A stretch of 34,406 nt of DNA from Candidatus Shapirobacteria bacterium (GCA_027021145.1 JALUUX010000073.1:1-34406); one strand, 5' to 3'. Shown: positions 21,885-31,348, numbered from the stretch's first letter. Notes: generated by a model from the sequence alone, not told the origin. Numbers and translations are program-made.

Positions 21885-24800
21885 ATGGCGGTGAAACTTA
21901 AATTTACGGGAGAAAGAATTGTTCCTGGAGCTACCGATGTAGAACCTGCTTTTCAAAGAAAAATGCTCCAAGAACACCTTGCGAGGTATTTGTTTGCTAG
22001 TCACTTTTCTTCAGGTAAAAGGGTAATTGACCTGGGTTGTGGTACAGGTTATGGAGTTGATTTTCTTTTGAAACACTCAGATCCTGACGAAATTATTGGT
22101 ATTGATATTGCTAAAGAGGCAATTGATTTTGCTAGGACTAACTATAAAAATAAGAAGGCAAAATTTTTAGTTGCTGACGCTACGAATCTTCCTTTTGACA
22201 ATCATTCGTTTGATTTGGTTTTAGCTTTCGAATTAATAGAGCACCTAGATAACCCCGAAATGCTGGTGAAAGAGGCAAAAAGGATATTGAAAAAACGGGG
22301 CTTTTTTATCGTTTCGACTCCAAAACGAAAGAGAGGCAAGAGGTCCATTTTTCATAAACACGAATTTTCTTTTTTGGAATTCTCTTCTCTGCTGAAAAAT
22401 TATTTCCCTCAAGTTAAATTTTTAGTGGAAAATAATATTTTTGCCTCTCTAATTAATGAAGGAAAAACTCTTGGGAAGATAATTGATAACCAAGACGGAT
22501 TTAAGATTCCTGGCCTAGAAGATGGCGATTATTTTATTGCTATTTGTGCTCTTGATAAGTTGCCGTCATTACCAGAAAACACATTGTTTGTTAACAATGA
22601 TGACTATATTCTTCGTCTAGAGCATGATGTTCAGGTTTTGAGGGAGGCAGAGAATAGGCTGAAGGAAGAAAAAAGGAGCCTGATTCAACAACTGGAGGAT
22701 TATCGGGTCAAAATAGATAATTTAGTGCGAGAAAACACTTATTTGTCGGAGATGAACGCCCTTAGCAAAGAAAAGACTTCCTTTTTGGAAAGGAGAAATA
22801 AGAGACTGGTGTCAAAAATTAATTCGTTCAAGGAGAAACTTGAGCGAACTCAAGAGCTTCAGTCGCGAGTTAATTATTTAGAGGGCGAGCTTAATAATTA
22901 TCGGGTAATATTGGATAGGATTACGTCTTCTAAAGGATGGAAGCTATTGAGGCTTTATTACCTAATTAAAGAGCTATTTATAGGTAAACCAGAGGACCCT
23001 TACTACAACCTCTTCTTTAGGGGTAAAAGGATTTTATTGAAAGCAATCGAGATCTATCGGCAAAGAGGCTGGAAAGGAGTGATAAAAAGTGGAAAGAGGT
23101 TTCTTTTTAGAAAACTAAGACTTGACAAGATTGTAACCAGCCGAAGAGACGAGGAAAGTCTTTTTTCTAGTGTTCAGAGACGTTCTAAATTACCCTCGAG
23201 CAATTTTAGCGTTTGTATTATAAGCGGCTGTGAAGGAACAGGTGCAGAAATTCATAGAGTGTTTCATTTAGCAGAAGTCTTAGAATTAGCTAATATTCGT
23301 CACAAAATAATTCCTCACTCTAAACTTAATGAATATTTGTCCAGTAACGAAGGAGTGAAGACTATTTTTGATTATGATATCTTTTATATTCATCGAGCGG
23401 CATGGAATGAATCTCTGGAGAAATTGTTGAGGGGGGCTAAGAGATTTAATCGTTTAATCATCTACGATATTGATGATTTGGTGTTTGATCAAAAAATTAT
23501 TCCATTTGTGAGAGTAATTGCCGATTGGCCAGAGGAGAAAAAATCACTTTATCGAGAATCGGTAATTAGATACTGGCGAGCGATGGATTGGGCCGATTAT
23601 TTTGTCGCCCCGACTGACTTTTTAGCAAATTATATCAGGAAAATGTTTGATAGGCCGGCCTTTGTTTTAAGAAATCATCTTGATCTGAAAACCGCTCAAA
23701 TAGGGAATAAACTTATTGGGCGACTAATCAAGAAGAAAGAAAGGGTGGTAATAGGCTACATGAGTGGTACAGCGACTCATGATAGAGATTTTCAAGAAGC
23801 AAGTGGGGCACTTATCAAGATTCTTGAAAAATTTCCCCAAGTAGAACTGAAAATTATTGGGCCACTGAATTTAGATAAAAAATTCCGCCGTTTTTCTTCT
23901 CGAATAAGAAAAGTAAAGTTGGTTCCCTTTTATGACCTTTTAAGAGAGATGGAGGACTTTGATATCAATTTGGCCCCATTAGAAGTTGGTAATCCCTATT
24001 GTGAGGCTAAGAGCGAATTGAAATACTTCTTCGCAGCCATTTTAGGGATTCCCACTGTAGCTTCAGCAACGGATTCCTATAAGTTCGCTATTACTCATGG
24101 CAAAAACGGGTTCTTGGCTACTAATGAAAACGATTGGTATCAGGCTCTTTCTAGATTGGTCCAAGATAGCTCTTTAAGAAGGCGAATAGGCGACCAGGCT
24201 AGAAAACAAGTGAAGTTTTACTTGCCCGATAATCAAAAAAATGAAGTAGTAAAGGTGATTAGGAAAATTGTCAATTCTTATAATAAGGACTTGACTAGTA
24301 AAAAAAAAGTTTCGCCCCAAAATAACGGCTCATTGATAATAAATTTCGTTTTGCCAGAACCGCTTAAAGCTTCTGGAGGTCATGCAGTAGTTTTTCGTCT
24401 GTCTGAGCAATTAACTTCTTGGGGACATAAGGTTAATATTTACTTTGTGAAAGTTGATGGCAACGACTTTATTAAAAACGAACAGGAATTGGAATTATTT
24501 GTTCGGGAAAATAATTTGAGGGGTAAGGCAAACTTTTATCTTGGTTTGGATAAAATAGAACATTCCGATGCACTAGTGGCTACCTATTGGAAGACTGCCT
24601 ATATGATTAAAGAAATAAATAATACTAAGAGAAAGTTTTATTTAACAATGGATTTTGAACCTCTTTTTTATCCGGCAGGGTCGGCTTATTTGATGGCCGA
24701 GAATAGCTACAAGCTCGGATATTATCACATTGCTACGGGTTATTGGATTCCAAAACTCCTTAAGAAAAGATATGGAGTGCCAGCTGAAGGAATCGACATT

Positions 24801-25433
24801 GCTACCGACAAAAATATTTATTTTCCTAGAAATGTAGAAAGGGTTAGTCCGTCAGTTGCTTTCTTTGCCCGACCGAGGATGCCAAGAAGAGGCTTTGAGT
24901 TGGGTATTGAGGCATTGAGAATAGTTAAAGAAAAAAAGCCGGAAGTACAGATTTTTCTTTATGGAGATCGAAATTTTTCTGAGTTCAATATTCCATTTGA
25001 ATATCATGATTGTAAAATCTTGCCAGAAGACAAATTGGCAGAGTTATTCTCTCGTGTTGATGTCTCTTTAAGTATCTCTCTAAGTAACCCAAGTGTAATT
25101 GCTCTTCAAGCGATGCATTGTGGGTGTGCTGCGGTAGAAATAGATTATCCTACTAATGATGGGACTTATATTAATAATCTCAATTGTCTTTTGGCTCCTC
25201 CGCATCCTCGAGGAATAGCTGAAACGGTATTAAAACTGCTGGATAATAAAAAATTGAGAAGAGAGATTGCCCAGAGAGGCCTTCAGTGGGCTAATGGAAT
25301 TTCTTATGAAAAAACGACAAGACAGTTTTTAAGAATTATTAAAAGAGAATTGAAGAGGGCAGAAAAGGATGAAAAGAAAGAGTCTCAGAATAACTTATCT
25401 AGTACCATCTCTCTACCTGACGGGTGGTATTAA
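21885..25433 (+). CDS. multidomain glycan assembly protein: class I SAM methyltransferase, about 100-aa coiled coil, then two GT-B (GT4-like) glycosyltransferase modules
   Basis: VIDLGCGTGYG is motif I and LVLAFELIEHL follows it. A heptad-rich segment, LRLEHDVQVLREAENRLKEEKRS...LEGELNNYRVILDRI, spans about 22608..22928. GT module 1 (about 23205..24290) has IIYDIDDLVFD and CEAKSELKYFFAAILGIPTVAS. GT module 2 (about 24326..25340) has LKASGGHAVVFRL and PSVIALQAMHCGCAAVE. Confidence 0.8.
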   Translation: MAVKLKFTGERIVPGATDVEPAFQRKMLQEHLARYLFASHFSSGKRVIDLGCGTGYGVDFLLKHSDPDEIIGIDIAKEAIDFARTNYKNKKAKFLVADATNLPFDNHSFDLVLAFELIEHLDNPEMLVKEAKRILKKRGFFIVSTPKRKRGKRSIFHKHEFSFLEFSSLLKNYFPQVKFLVENNIFASLINEGKTLGKIIDNQDGFKIPGLEDGDYFIAICALDKLPSLPENTLFVNNDDYILRLEHDVQVLREAENRLKEEKRSLIQQLEDYRVKIDNLVRENTYLSEMNALSKEKTSFLERRNKRLVSKINSFKEKLERTQELQSRVNYLEGELNNYRVILDRITSSKGWKLLRLYYLIKELFIGKPEDPYYNLFFRGKRILLKAIEIYRQRGWKGVIKSGKRFLFRKLRLDKIVTSRRDEESLFSSVQRRSKLPSSNFSVCIISGCEGTGAEIHRVFHLAEVLELANIRHKIIPHSKLNEYLSSNEGVKTIFDYDIFYIHRAAWNESLEKLLRGAKRFNRLIIYDIDDLVFDQKIIPFVRVIADWPEEKKSLYRESVIRYWRAMDWADYFVAPTDFLANYIRKMFDRPAFVLRNHLDLKTAQIGNKLIGRLIKKKERVVIGYMSGTATHDRDFQEASGALIKILEKFPQVELKIIGPLNLDKKFRRFSSRIRKVKLVPFYDLLREMEDFDINLAPLEVGNPYCEAKSELKYFFAAILGIPTVASATDSYKFAITHGKNGFLATNENDWYQALSRLVQDSSLRRRIGDQARKQVKFYLPDNQKNEVVKVIRKIVNSYNKDLTSKKKVSPQNNGSLIINFVLPEPLKASGGHAVVFRLSEQLTSWGHKVNIYFVKVDGNDFIKNEQELELFVRENNLRGKANFYLGLDKIEHSDALVATYWKTAYMIKEINNTKRKFYLTMDFEPLFYPAGSAYLMAENSYKLGYYHIATGYWIPKLLKKRYGVPAEGIDIATDKNIYFPRNVERVSPSVAFFARPRMPRRGFELGIEALRIVKEKKPEVQIFLYGDRNFSEFNIPFEYHDCKILPEDKLAELFSRVDVSLSISLSNPSVIALQAMHCGCAAVEIDYPTNDGTYINNLNCLLAPPHPRGIAETVLKLLDNKKLRREIAQRGLQWANGISYEKTTRQFLRIIKRELKRAEKDEKKESQNNLSSTISLPDGWY

Positions 25434-26457
25434 ATTGGTCCTCGAATATAGTAACAAGCTAATCGAGAGAGGTCATAAGGTAAATATTGTTTTTCCGTGG
25501 AGGATTAATCCTGCCTTTGGGGTTAAATATGAGATGCTGAAATTTCTCTGGTATGGAAAACTCTTTTTTGAAAAGCTCGCGGGTAAAAACTACATTCCCT
25601 GGTTTAATTTTTTAGGTAAAATTATTAAAGTACCCAATTTTCTAGACAGATATTTGCCTCAAGGGGATATTATTGTGGCTACTTCTTGGGATACAGCTAA
25701 ATGGGTGGCAAGAGCCTCTAGTTCTAAAGGAAAAAAATTCTACTTTATTCAGCAATATGAGGTGTGGGGAGGAAAGGATGAGGTAGATGAGAGTTTTAAG
25801 TTGCCACTTAGGAAAATTGTAATTGCTTCCTGGTTACAAAAACTATTGAAAGAAAAATTTCATGAAAATTCTTATTTATTAGTCAATGGTGTTGATACTA
25901 AACTATTTCATCCAGTTAAAGTTAAAAGGAACAAAGGTGAATTTAGGATTGGAATGCTATATCACCCGGCTCCTTGGAAGGGAACAAAATATGGTTTTGC
26001 TGCTTATAGAATAGCAAAGAAGGAGATACCTGAACTCAAACTAGTACTGATTAGCGCTTACCCGATGGGAGACAATTTCCCGCCAGACACAGAGTTTCAC
26101 TTTATGATACCTCCAGCAAGACTGAAGTACATTTATTCTTCATGCGACCTTTGGATTAGTCCAAGTTTATCCGAAGGTTGTCAAGCACCACCAATGGAGG
26201 CAATGGCTTGTGGGGTTCCAGTAATTGCCACCAGGGTCGGAGGTATTCCCGATTACACTATTCCAGGAAAGACGGCTATAGTGGTAGAACCCAGAGATGT
26301 CAAAACAATGGCGGAGAGTATTAAATTGTTGTACAATGACAGCATATTAAGACATCAAGTTGCTAAAGCGGGCTATAATTATATAACTAAAAAGTTTACT
26401 ATTGACGGAATAATAAGCAAGCTAGAGGATATCTTTCTTGAATCTTTAGATAACTGA
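25369..26457 (+). CDS. GT4-family glycosyltransferase
   Basis: RITYLVPSLYLTGGIKLVLEY is a typical N-terminus. PSLSEGCQAPPMEAMACGVPVIATRVGGIPD is the E-x7-E region. It overlaps the preceding gene by 65 nt. Confidence 0.8.
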   Translation: MKRKSLRITYLVPSLYLTGGIKLVLEYSNKLIERGHKVNIVFPWRINPAFGVKYEMLKFLWYGKLFFEKLAGKNYIPWFNFLGKIIKVPNFLDRYLPQGDIIVATSWDTAKWVARASSSKGKKFYFIQQYEVWGGKDEVDESFKLPLRKIVIASWLQKLLKEKFHENSYLLVNGVDTKLFHPVKVKRNKGEFRIGMLYHPAPWKGTKYGFAAYRIAKKEIPELKLVLISAYPMGDNFPPDTEFHFMIPPARLKYIYSSCDLWISPSLSEGCQAPPMEAMACGVPVIATRVGGIPDYTIPGKTAIVVEPRDVKTMAESIKLLYNDSILRHQVAKAGYNYITKKFTIDGIISKLEDIFLESLDN

Positions 26458-26532
26458 AAAAATAGACACTCTTTGATTTTATAAACCTAAGCTTCAGTTA
26501 ACAGTTGTGGAGCTTTGCCAAAAAGTTAGGGG

Positions 26533-26562
26533 TTGACAATATGTTTTTTAAACAATTAGAAT
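26533..26562 (+). promoter_or_regulatory. candidate sigma70-type promoter that would give a leaderless mRNA
   Basis: The -35 is TTGACA (26533..26538). After an 18-nt spacer the -10 is TAGAAT (26557..26562). The ATG at 26570 lies 7 nt downstream and there is no Shine-Dalgarno. Confidence 0.5.
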
Positions 26563-26569
26563 CGTAAAG

Positions 26570-26800
26570 ATGGTAGTGAAGGATATTATTTTCTTGATAC
26601 TAATATGTTTGATTTTTCCGAAGACGATTTATGCTTATCTTGATCCAGGGACAGGGAGCTATATTGCTCAAATAATTGTTGCTAGCTTGTTGGGAGTATC
26701 TTATCTAGTCACAAACTCTAGAAAAAAAATTAAGACTTTCTTTGCCGGTCTCTTTTCAAAACTTCAAAGAGGCAAAAAGAACAATGACCGACAACATTAG
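26570..26800 (+). CDS. small membrane protein with a YLDPGTGS motif between two hydrophobic helices
   Basis: 76 aa with helices IIFLILICLIF and IAQIIVASLLGVSYLV and a basic tail. A candidate promoter lies directly upstream. It overlaps the next gene by 17 nt. Confidence 0.5.
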   Translation: MVVKDIIFLILICLIFPKTIYAYLDPGTGSYIAQIIVASLLGVSYLVTNSRKKIKTFFAGLFSKLQRGKKNNDRQH

Positions 26801-28172
26801 AATAGTTTCGAGTTCTTTCCGGGATCCCAGCGGCTTTGTTTTTTTATACAAGAACAGACTTTACCGACAAGTAAATAAAACATACGCGGAGCATTATGAT
26901 TTCTTAATTAAGTCTGGCCTTTATGAGACCCTTGTTAGACGCAAACTCTTAATTGCCCATAAAGAAGTTGATGTCAAATATAATCAGCTTGACAGTAAAG
27001 CATACAGGATTATAAAACCTGCGGTAATTCCTTTTATTTCCTATCCTTATGAATGGAGCTTTAGCCAACTAAAAGACGCTGCTTTAGTTACTTTGGAAAT
27101 CCAGAAAATAGCATTGAGGCATGGAATGTCTCTTAAAGATGCAAGTGCCTATAATATTCAGTTTTACGAGGGAAGGCCAGTTTTGATTGATACTCTTTCC
27201 TTTGAGAAATATGAAAAAGGGGAACCGTGGGTTGCCTATCGGCAATTTTGTCAACATTTTGTTGCCCCATTAGCCTTAATGAGTTATAAAGATTTGCGCT
27301 TGAATCAATTGTTTAGGATCTTTATAGACGGAATTCCGTTGGATTTGGCAAGCAAACTATTATCCTGGCAGAGTAGACTAGCTCCTTCTTTATTATTTCA
27401 TATTCATCTTCATGCAAAAGTGCAGAAATATTTTAGCAATAAAAACACAGGGGCAAAAAAAATAAGATTGGATAATAAATCTTTATGGAGAATCATTAAG
27501 AGCCTAGAGATGACAGTGAGTGGCTTTAAACTGCGCGAGAGAGAAACAGAGTGGAGTGATTATTATACTAAAACCAACTATTCTTCAATCGCTTTTGCCC
27601 ACAAGAAAGAAGTCGTTTCGGGGTGGCTCAAAAAGATTAAGCCAAAGACGGTTTGGGATTTGGGTGCGAACGTGGGAGTTTTTAGTCGTCTTGCTTCCAA
27701 AATAGGATCCCAAGTAATATCATTTGATGCGGATCCACTAGCGGTAGAGCAGAATTATCTTCGGTGTAAAGAACAAAGAGAAAAGAAAATATTACCACTG
27801 TTGATTGACTTGACTAATCCTAGTCCAGGCATTGGATGGGAGAATAAAGAGAGGATGTCTCTATTTGGGCGAGGTCCTGCAGACGCGGTACTTGCTCTTG
27901 CTTTAGTTCACCATTTAGCTATTTCTAATAATGTACCATTTATTAAGATTGCTGATTTCTTTTCTAAAATTTGTAGTTCACTTATAATTGAATTTGTGCC
28001 CAAGAATGATTCGCAAGTTCAAAGACTCCTTGCGACTAGAAAGGATATCTTCTGTAATTATAAGCAAGAAGTTTTTGAGAGCGAGTTTCAAAAATATTTT
28101 ACTATTCTGAAGCTTACAAAAATAAAAGATTCAGAAAGGGTTTTGTATTTAATGAAAAAACGATCGGGATAG
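26784..28172 (+). CDS. two-domain class I SAM-dependent methyltransferase
   Basis: I prefer the ATG at 26784 over the TTG at 26742. The conserved N-terminus SSFRDPSGFVF starts 8 codons later. The C-terminal Rossmann domain has TVWDLGANVGVFS (motif I) and ALALVHHL. Confidence 0.75.
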   Translation: MTDNIRIVSSSFRDPSGFVFLYKNRLYRQVNKTYAEHYDFLIKSGLYETLVRRKLLIAHKEVDVKYNQLDSKAYRIIKPAVIPFISYPYEWSFSQLKDAALVTLEIQKIALRHGMSLKDASAYNIQFYEGRPVLIDTLSFEKYEKGEPWVAYRQFCQHFVAPLALMSYKDLRLNQLFRIFIDGIPLDLASKLLSWQSRLAPSLLFHIHLHAKVQKYFSNKNTGAKKIRLDNKSLWRIIKSLEMTVSGFKLRERETEWSDYYTKTNYSSIAFAHKKEVVSGWLKKIKPKTVWDLGANVGVFSRLASKIGSQVISFDADPLAVEQNYLRCKEQREKKILPLLIDLTNPSPGIGWENKERMSLFGRGPADAVLALALVHHLAISNNVPFIKIADFFSKICSSLIIEFVPKNDSQVQRLLATRKDIFCNYKQEVFESEFQKYFTILKLTKIKDSERVLYLMKKRSG

Positions 28173-28174
28173 AT

Positions 28175-29680
28175 ATGCGGAAGAACCTAGTAATTCATCC
28201 ATTCCTTTTTGCAGTGTTTCCTATCTTGTTTCTCTTTTCTCGTAATGCGGACAAACTTCCGTTAAACGTGATTTTTATGCCGATAGCAGTCACTGCGCTT
28301 TTTGTCCTACTATTATTTTTTGTAATGACCTTTATTTTGAAGAGCAGAGAAAGAGCAGGGTTGTTGATCTCCGTTTTTCTATTATTCTTTTTTTCTTATG
28401 GTCATGTTTTGACCCTCGTTCCAAATTTTAAACCTGTTGTCATAAGAGGTGTTTCTATCGAGACGGACAAAATATTTTTTTCTGTTTGGTGCGTGCTTCT
28501 TGCCCTCGGACTATATTTGCTTGCGAAGACATGTAAAAACCTCAATCAGCTCACGAAGTTTTTAAATGTTGTTGCCGCTTTTTTGGTCATAATTTCTCTA
28601 AGCACTGCCCTACCCCGTCAACTTAAGGCAAAAGAATTTATTCATTTGGAGGGTGAAAAAAAGGAAGAAGGGAAAAACGACAAAGTAACACAAGAGACGC
28701 AAGCTTTGCCAGATATCTATTACATCATTTTAGATGGTTATGCAAGTTCAAACACACTTAAGGAGTTTTTTAATTATGATAATAGTGAATTTATTAATTA
28801 TTTAAAAGAGAAAGGGTTTTATGTCGCGACTAAAAGCTTGAGCAATTATGCTCATACCCATTTATCACTAGCATCTTCACTAAACATGAAATATATAAAT
28901 TATTTGACAGAAATAGTTGGTGAAGATTCAGATGATCAAACTATAACTCATCGGATGATAATAGATCACGAAGTGGGACGTTTCTTAAGATCGAAAGGAT
29001 ATAGTATTGTGCGCTTTGATGACGGTATGCGGCTATTTGGATTTTTGCCAATGTTAATTCGTACTACCATGTTAGGGCCCTTCATAGAGAGATATTTAAC
29101 CCGTGCTGATATTAGAGAAAGGATGCTTTATGAGCTTGATAAGTTAGCAGAAATTCCTCGTATTAAAGAACCGACGTTTACCTTTGCCCATATAATTCCT
29201 CCTCATCCTCCTTATTTGTTTGGTCCAAACGGAGAAATGGTTAGTGAAGAATTACAGGGATGTCGTGATCTTGTGTGTGCTGATTGGAGTCTGAAAGAAC
29301 AATATCTTGGTCAGCTGATTTTTATCACTAAGAAAATTAGGAGTTTAATAGATGTAATATTATCACAGTCCGAAACACCACCAATTATTATTTTGCAATC
29401 GGACCACGGACCAGCGTCTAGTGGATGGATGCAGCCTAACGAACAATTGTTTAGAGAACGAATGAGCATTCTCAATGCTTATTATCTTCCTGGAAATGGC
29501 AAAAGCCTCTTGTATGAGTCGATAACCCCTGTAAATACTTTTAGATTGATTTTTAACCATTATTTTAACGCTAATTATGAATTATTAGACGACAGAAGTT
29601 ATTTCTCTGGCTTACAGAATTATAAGTTTATTGATGTGACTGATATAATTCGGGGAGAATCAAAAGAAGAAAATTATTAG
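28175..29680 (+). CDS. membrane-anchored alkaline-phosphatase-superfamily transferase (sulfatase/LtaS/EptA-like)
   Basis: About five N-terminal TM helices are followed by an extracytoplasmic domain with PDIYYIILDGYASS (metal Asp), NYAHTHLSLASSL and IIILQSDHGP. Confidence 0.7.
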   Translation: MRKNLVIHPFLFAVFPILFLFSRNADKLPLNVIFMPIAVTALFVLLLFFVMTFILKSRERAGLLISVFLLFFFSYGHVLTLVPNFKPVVIRGVSIETDKIFFSVWCVLLALGLYLLAKTCKNLNQLTKFLNVVAAFLVIISLSTALPRQLKAKEFIHLEGEKKEEGKNDKVTQETQALPDIYYIILDGYASSNTLKEFFNYDNSEFINYLKEKGFYVATKSLSNYAHTHLSLASSLNMKYINYLTEIVGEDSDDQTITHRMIIDHEVGRFLRSKGYSIVRFDDGMRLFGFLPMLIRTTMLGPFIERYLTRADIRERMLYELDKLAEIPRIKEPTFTFAHIIPPHPPYLFGPNGEMVSEELQGCRDLVCADWSLKEQYLGQLIFITKKIRSLIDVILSQSETPPIIILQSDHGPASSGWMQPNEQLFRERMSILNAYYLPGNGKSLLYESITPVNTFRLIFNHYFNANYELLDDRSYFSGLQNYKFIDVTDIIRGESKEENY

Positions 29681-29852
29681 GGAGATCTTGATTGAGCGAA
29701 TTAATTCAAGGAGATAGTGCATTTTTCTTAGATTTTTCTTAAAACAAGTATAGCCGAACATTTGAGATTGTGAGGGTTCTATATAATTTAGTTGTAGACG
29801 CGATAAACAAGTAAGAGGGTATAATTTTTTCTAAGTCTCTTAAGTAGTAGGA

Positions 29853-30695
29853 ATGGAGAAGCTTTTAAAATTTTTAAAAGGAAAAAACTTTCCTGTTTAT
29901 ATTTTATCAAATGGAAAGCTGGCTGCGTGGCATAAAATGGGACGTTCTCCTTATAGAGTAATAATCTGTTCGATGCCTAAAGCTGGAACTTACCTATACG
30001 CCAAGTTATTAGAATTGCTTGGCGTAGAATTTGTGAGATTACATCTTTGGTTAACCGGTTTTTCTGATTATAGATTCGCCTCAATTAAGGAGGGAAGAGA
30101 GAGATATAAAGAATTTAATATAGAAATGCCTCTAAGCAAGACCCTTGAATTGATTCATCCCGGGCAATTTGCTGTTAGTCACTTAGAATGTTCTTCTCTT
30201 ACGAGAGAACTACTTAGAGACTTCAAGAAGATTTTTGTTTACCGCAATTTTAGGGACTCTCTTATTTCTCATATGCGCTTTATGGTTGATACAGGGCGGG
30301 ATAAGGAAGGCACTGCTCCTTTTAGACACTTGCCCGATGGTCCAGACAAACTATTGAAGTATATAGAAGTATATTCGGGTCATTTTATCAAAGAATCAAA
30401 GGGAGTTCTTGGATGGATAGACCAAGATGATATTCTAAAGCTCTCTTTTGAGGATATCTATGGCGATAATGGTGAAGAGCGACAGTATAAGGTAATAAGA
30501 GATATTTGTAAATTTTTAGATCTACCTCCAGAAAAGAGAAATTATAGAGAGATTTTGATTCAATTGATTGGCGCTAAAACACTAACTTGGTCTGGAAAAA
30601 GGACGGATAGGAGTATTTTTTGGGACGAGAGGGTGGAGCGACGATTCGCCGAAATTGGCGGAAGAGAGATCAATAAAAAATTAAATTATGAATAA
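29853..30695 (+). CDS. sulfotransferase-family protein
   Basis: VIICSMPKAGTYLY matches the 5'-phosphosulfate-binding loop (PKxGT). VYRNFRDSLISHMRF matches the 3'-phosphate-binding motif (RxxxDxxxS). Confidence 0.65.
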   Translation: MEKLLKFLKGKNFPVYILSNGKLAAWHKMGRSPYRVIICSMPKAGTYLYAKLLELLGVEFVRLHLWLTGFSDYRFASIKEGRERYKEFNIEMPLSKTLELIHPGQFAVSHLECSSLTRELLRDFKKIFVYRNFRDSLISHMRFMVDTGRDKEGTAPFRHLPDGPDKLLKYIEVYSGHFIKESKGVLGWIDQDDILKLSFEDIYGDNGEERQYKVIRDICKFLDLPPEKRNYREILIQLIGAKTLTWSGKRTDRSIFWDERVERRFAEIGGREINKKLNYE

Positions 30696-30772
30696 GAGAA
30701 TATAGAGCAACCTTGAAGAATTCGACATGACCTGAAATACCAATGAAATTAACAGATTTTTTTAATTTTGTC

Positions 30773-31348
30773 CTACACGTCTTTTGATGTTCGTGATTTC
30801 CCCCGGGAATCTTTCTCTATTGCGGCAAAAAACATAGATAAGATTTTTTTTACATAGAGGGGGCTCGTTGGGGAAGAATTGATACTGTCCGGGTTAGCTA
30901 AGAACGTCTTACACCCTACAGCCTTACCGGCCATTATATCAGATTCGCTATCGCCAATTACAATTGAGTTTTTGAGATCAATATTAAACTCTTTGGCTGC
31001 CTGAAGGATCATTCCGGGCTTTGGTTTGCGACAATTGCAATGGTCTTTAATATCATGGGGACAATAGTAGATGGCATCAATAATTGCCCCCTTTTTCTTT
31101 AAACTGGCAACCATTTTTTCATGGATTTTCTCAACCACTTCCCGAGACACTAGTCCTCGGGCAATCCCTCTTTGGTTAGTGATTACAATGACTAGATAGC
31201 CCTCTTCTTTGGCAGCCTTAATGAGTTCTTCTATTCCAGGAATGAACTTAAACTCTTTCCAACTTTTGACGTAATCGTGTTCCTGGGGTTTTTGATTAAT
31301 GATTCCGTCGCGGTCGAGGAATACCGCCTTTCTTTTTTTCTGTCTCAT
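30773..31348 (-). CDS. gmhB: D-glycero-D-manno-heptose 1,7-bisphosphate phosphatase (HAD-IIIA)
   Basis: AVFLDRDGIIN (DxD nucleophile motif), VITNQRGI, CNCRKPKPGM and VIGDSESDIMAG are present. The C-terminal tail is about 35 aa and unconserved. Confidence 0.85.
   Translation of the reverse strand: MRQKKRKAVFLDRDGIINQKPQEHDYVKSWKEFKFIPGIEELIKAAKEEGYLVIVITNQRGIARGLVSREVVEKIHEKMVASLKKKGAIIDAIYYCPHDIKDHCNCRKPKPGMILQAAKEFNIDLKNSIVIGDSESDIMAGKAVGCKTFLANPDSINSSPTSPLYVKKILSMFFAAIEKDSRGKSRTSKDV

Noticed and set aside
26742-26783. The TTG start at 26742 for the methyltransferase, as given in the ORF track.
   Set aside because: The ATG at 26784 lies just upstream of the conserved SSFRDPSGF N-terminus and shortens the overlap with the preceding small gene from 59 nt to 17 nt.
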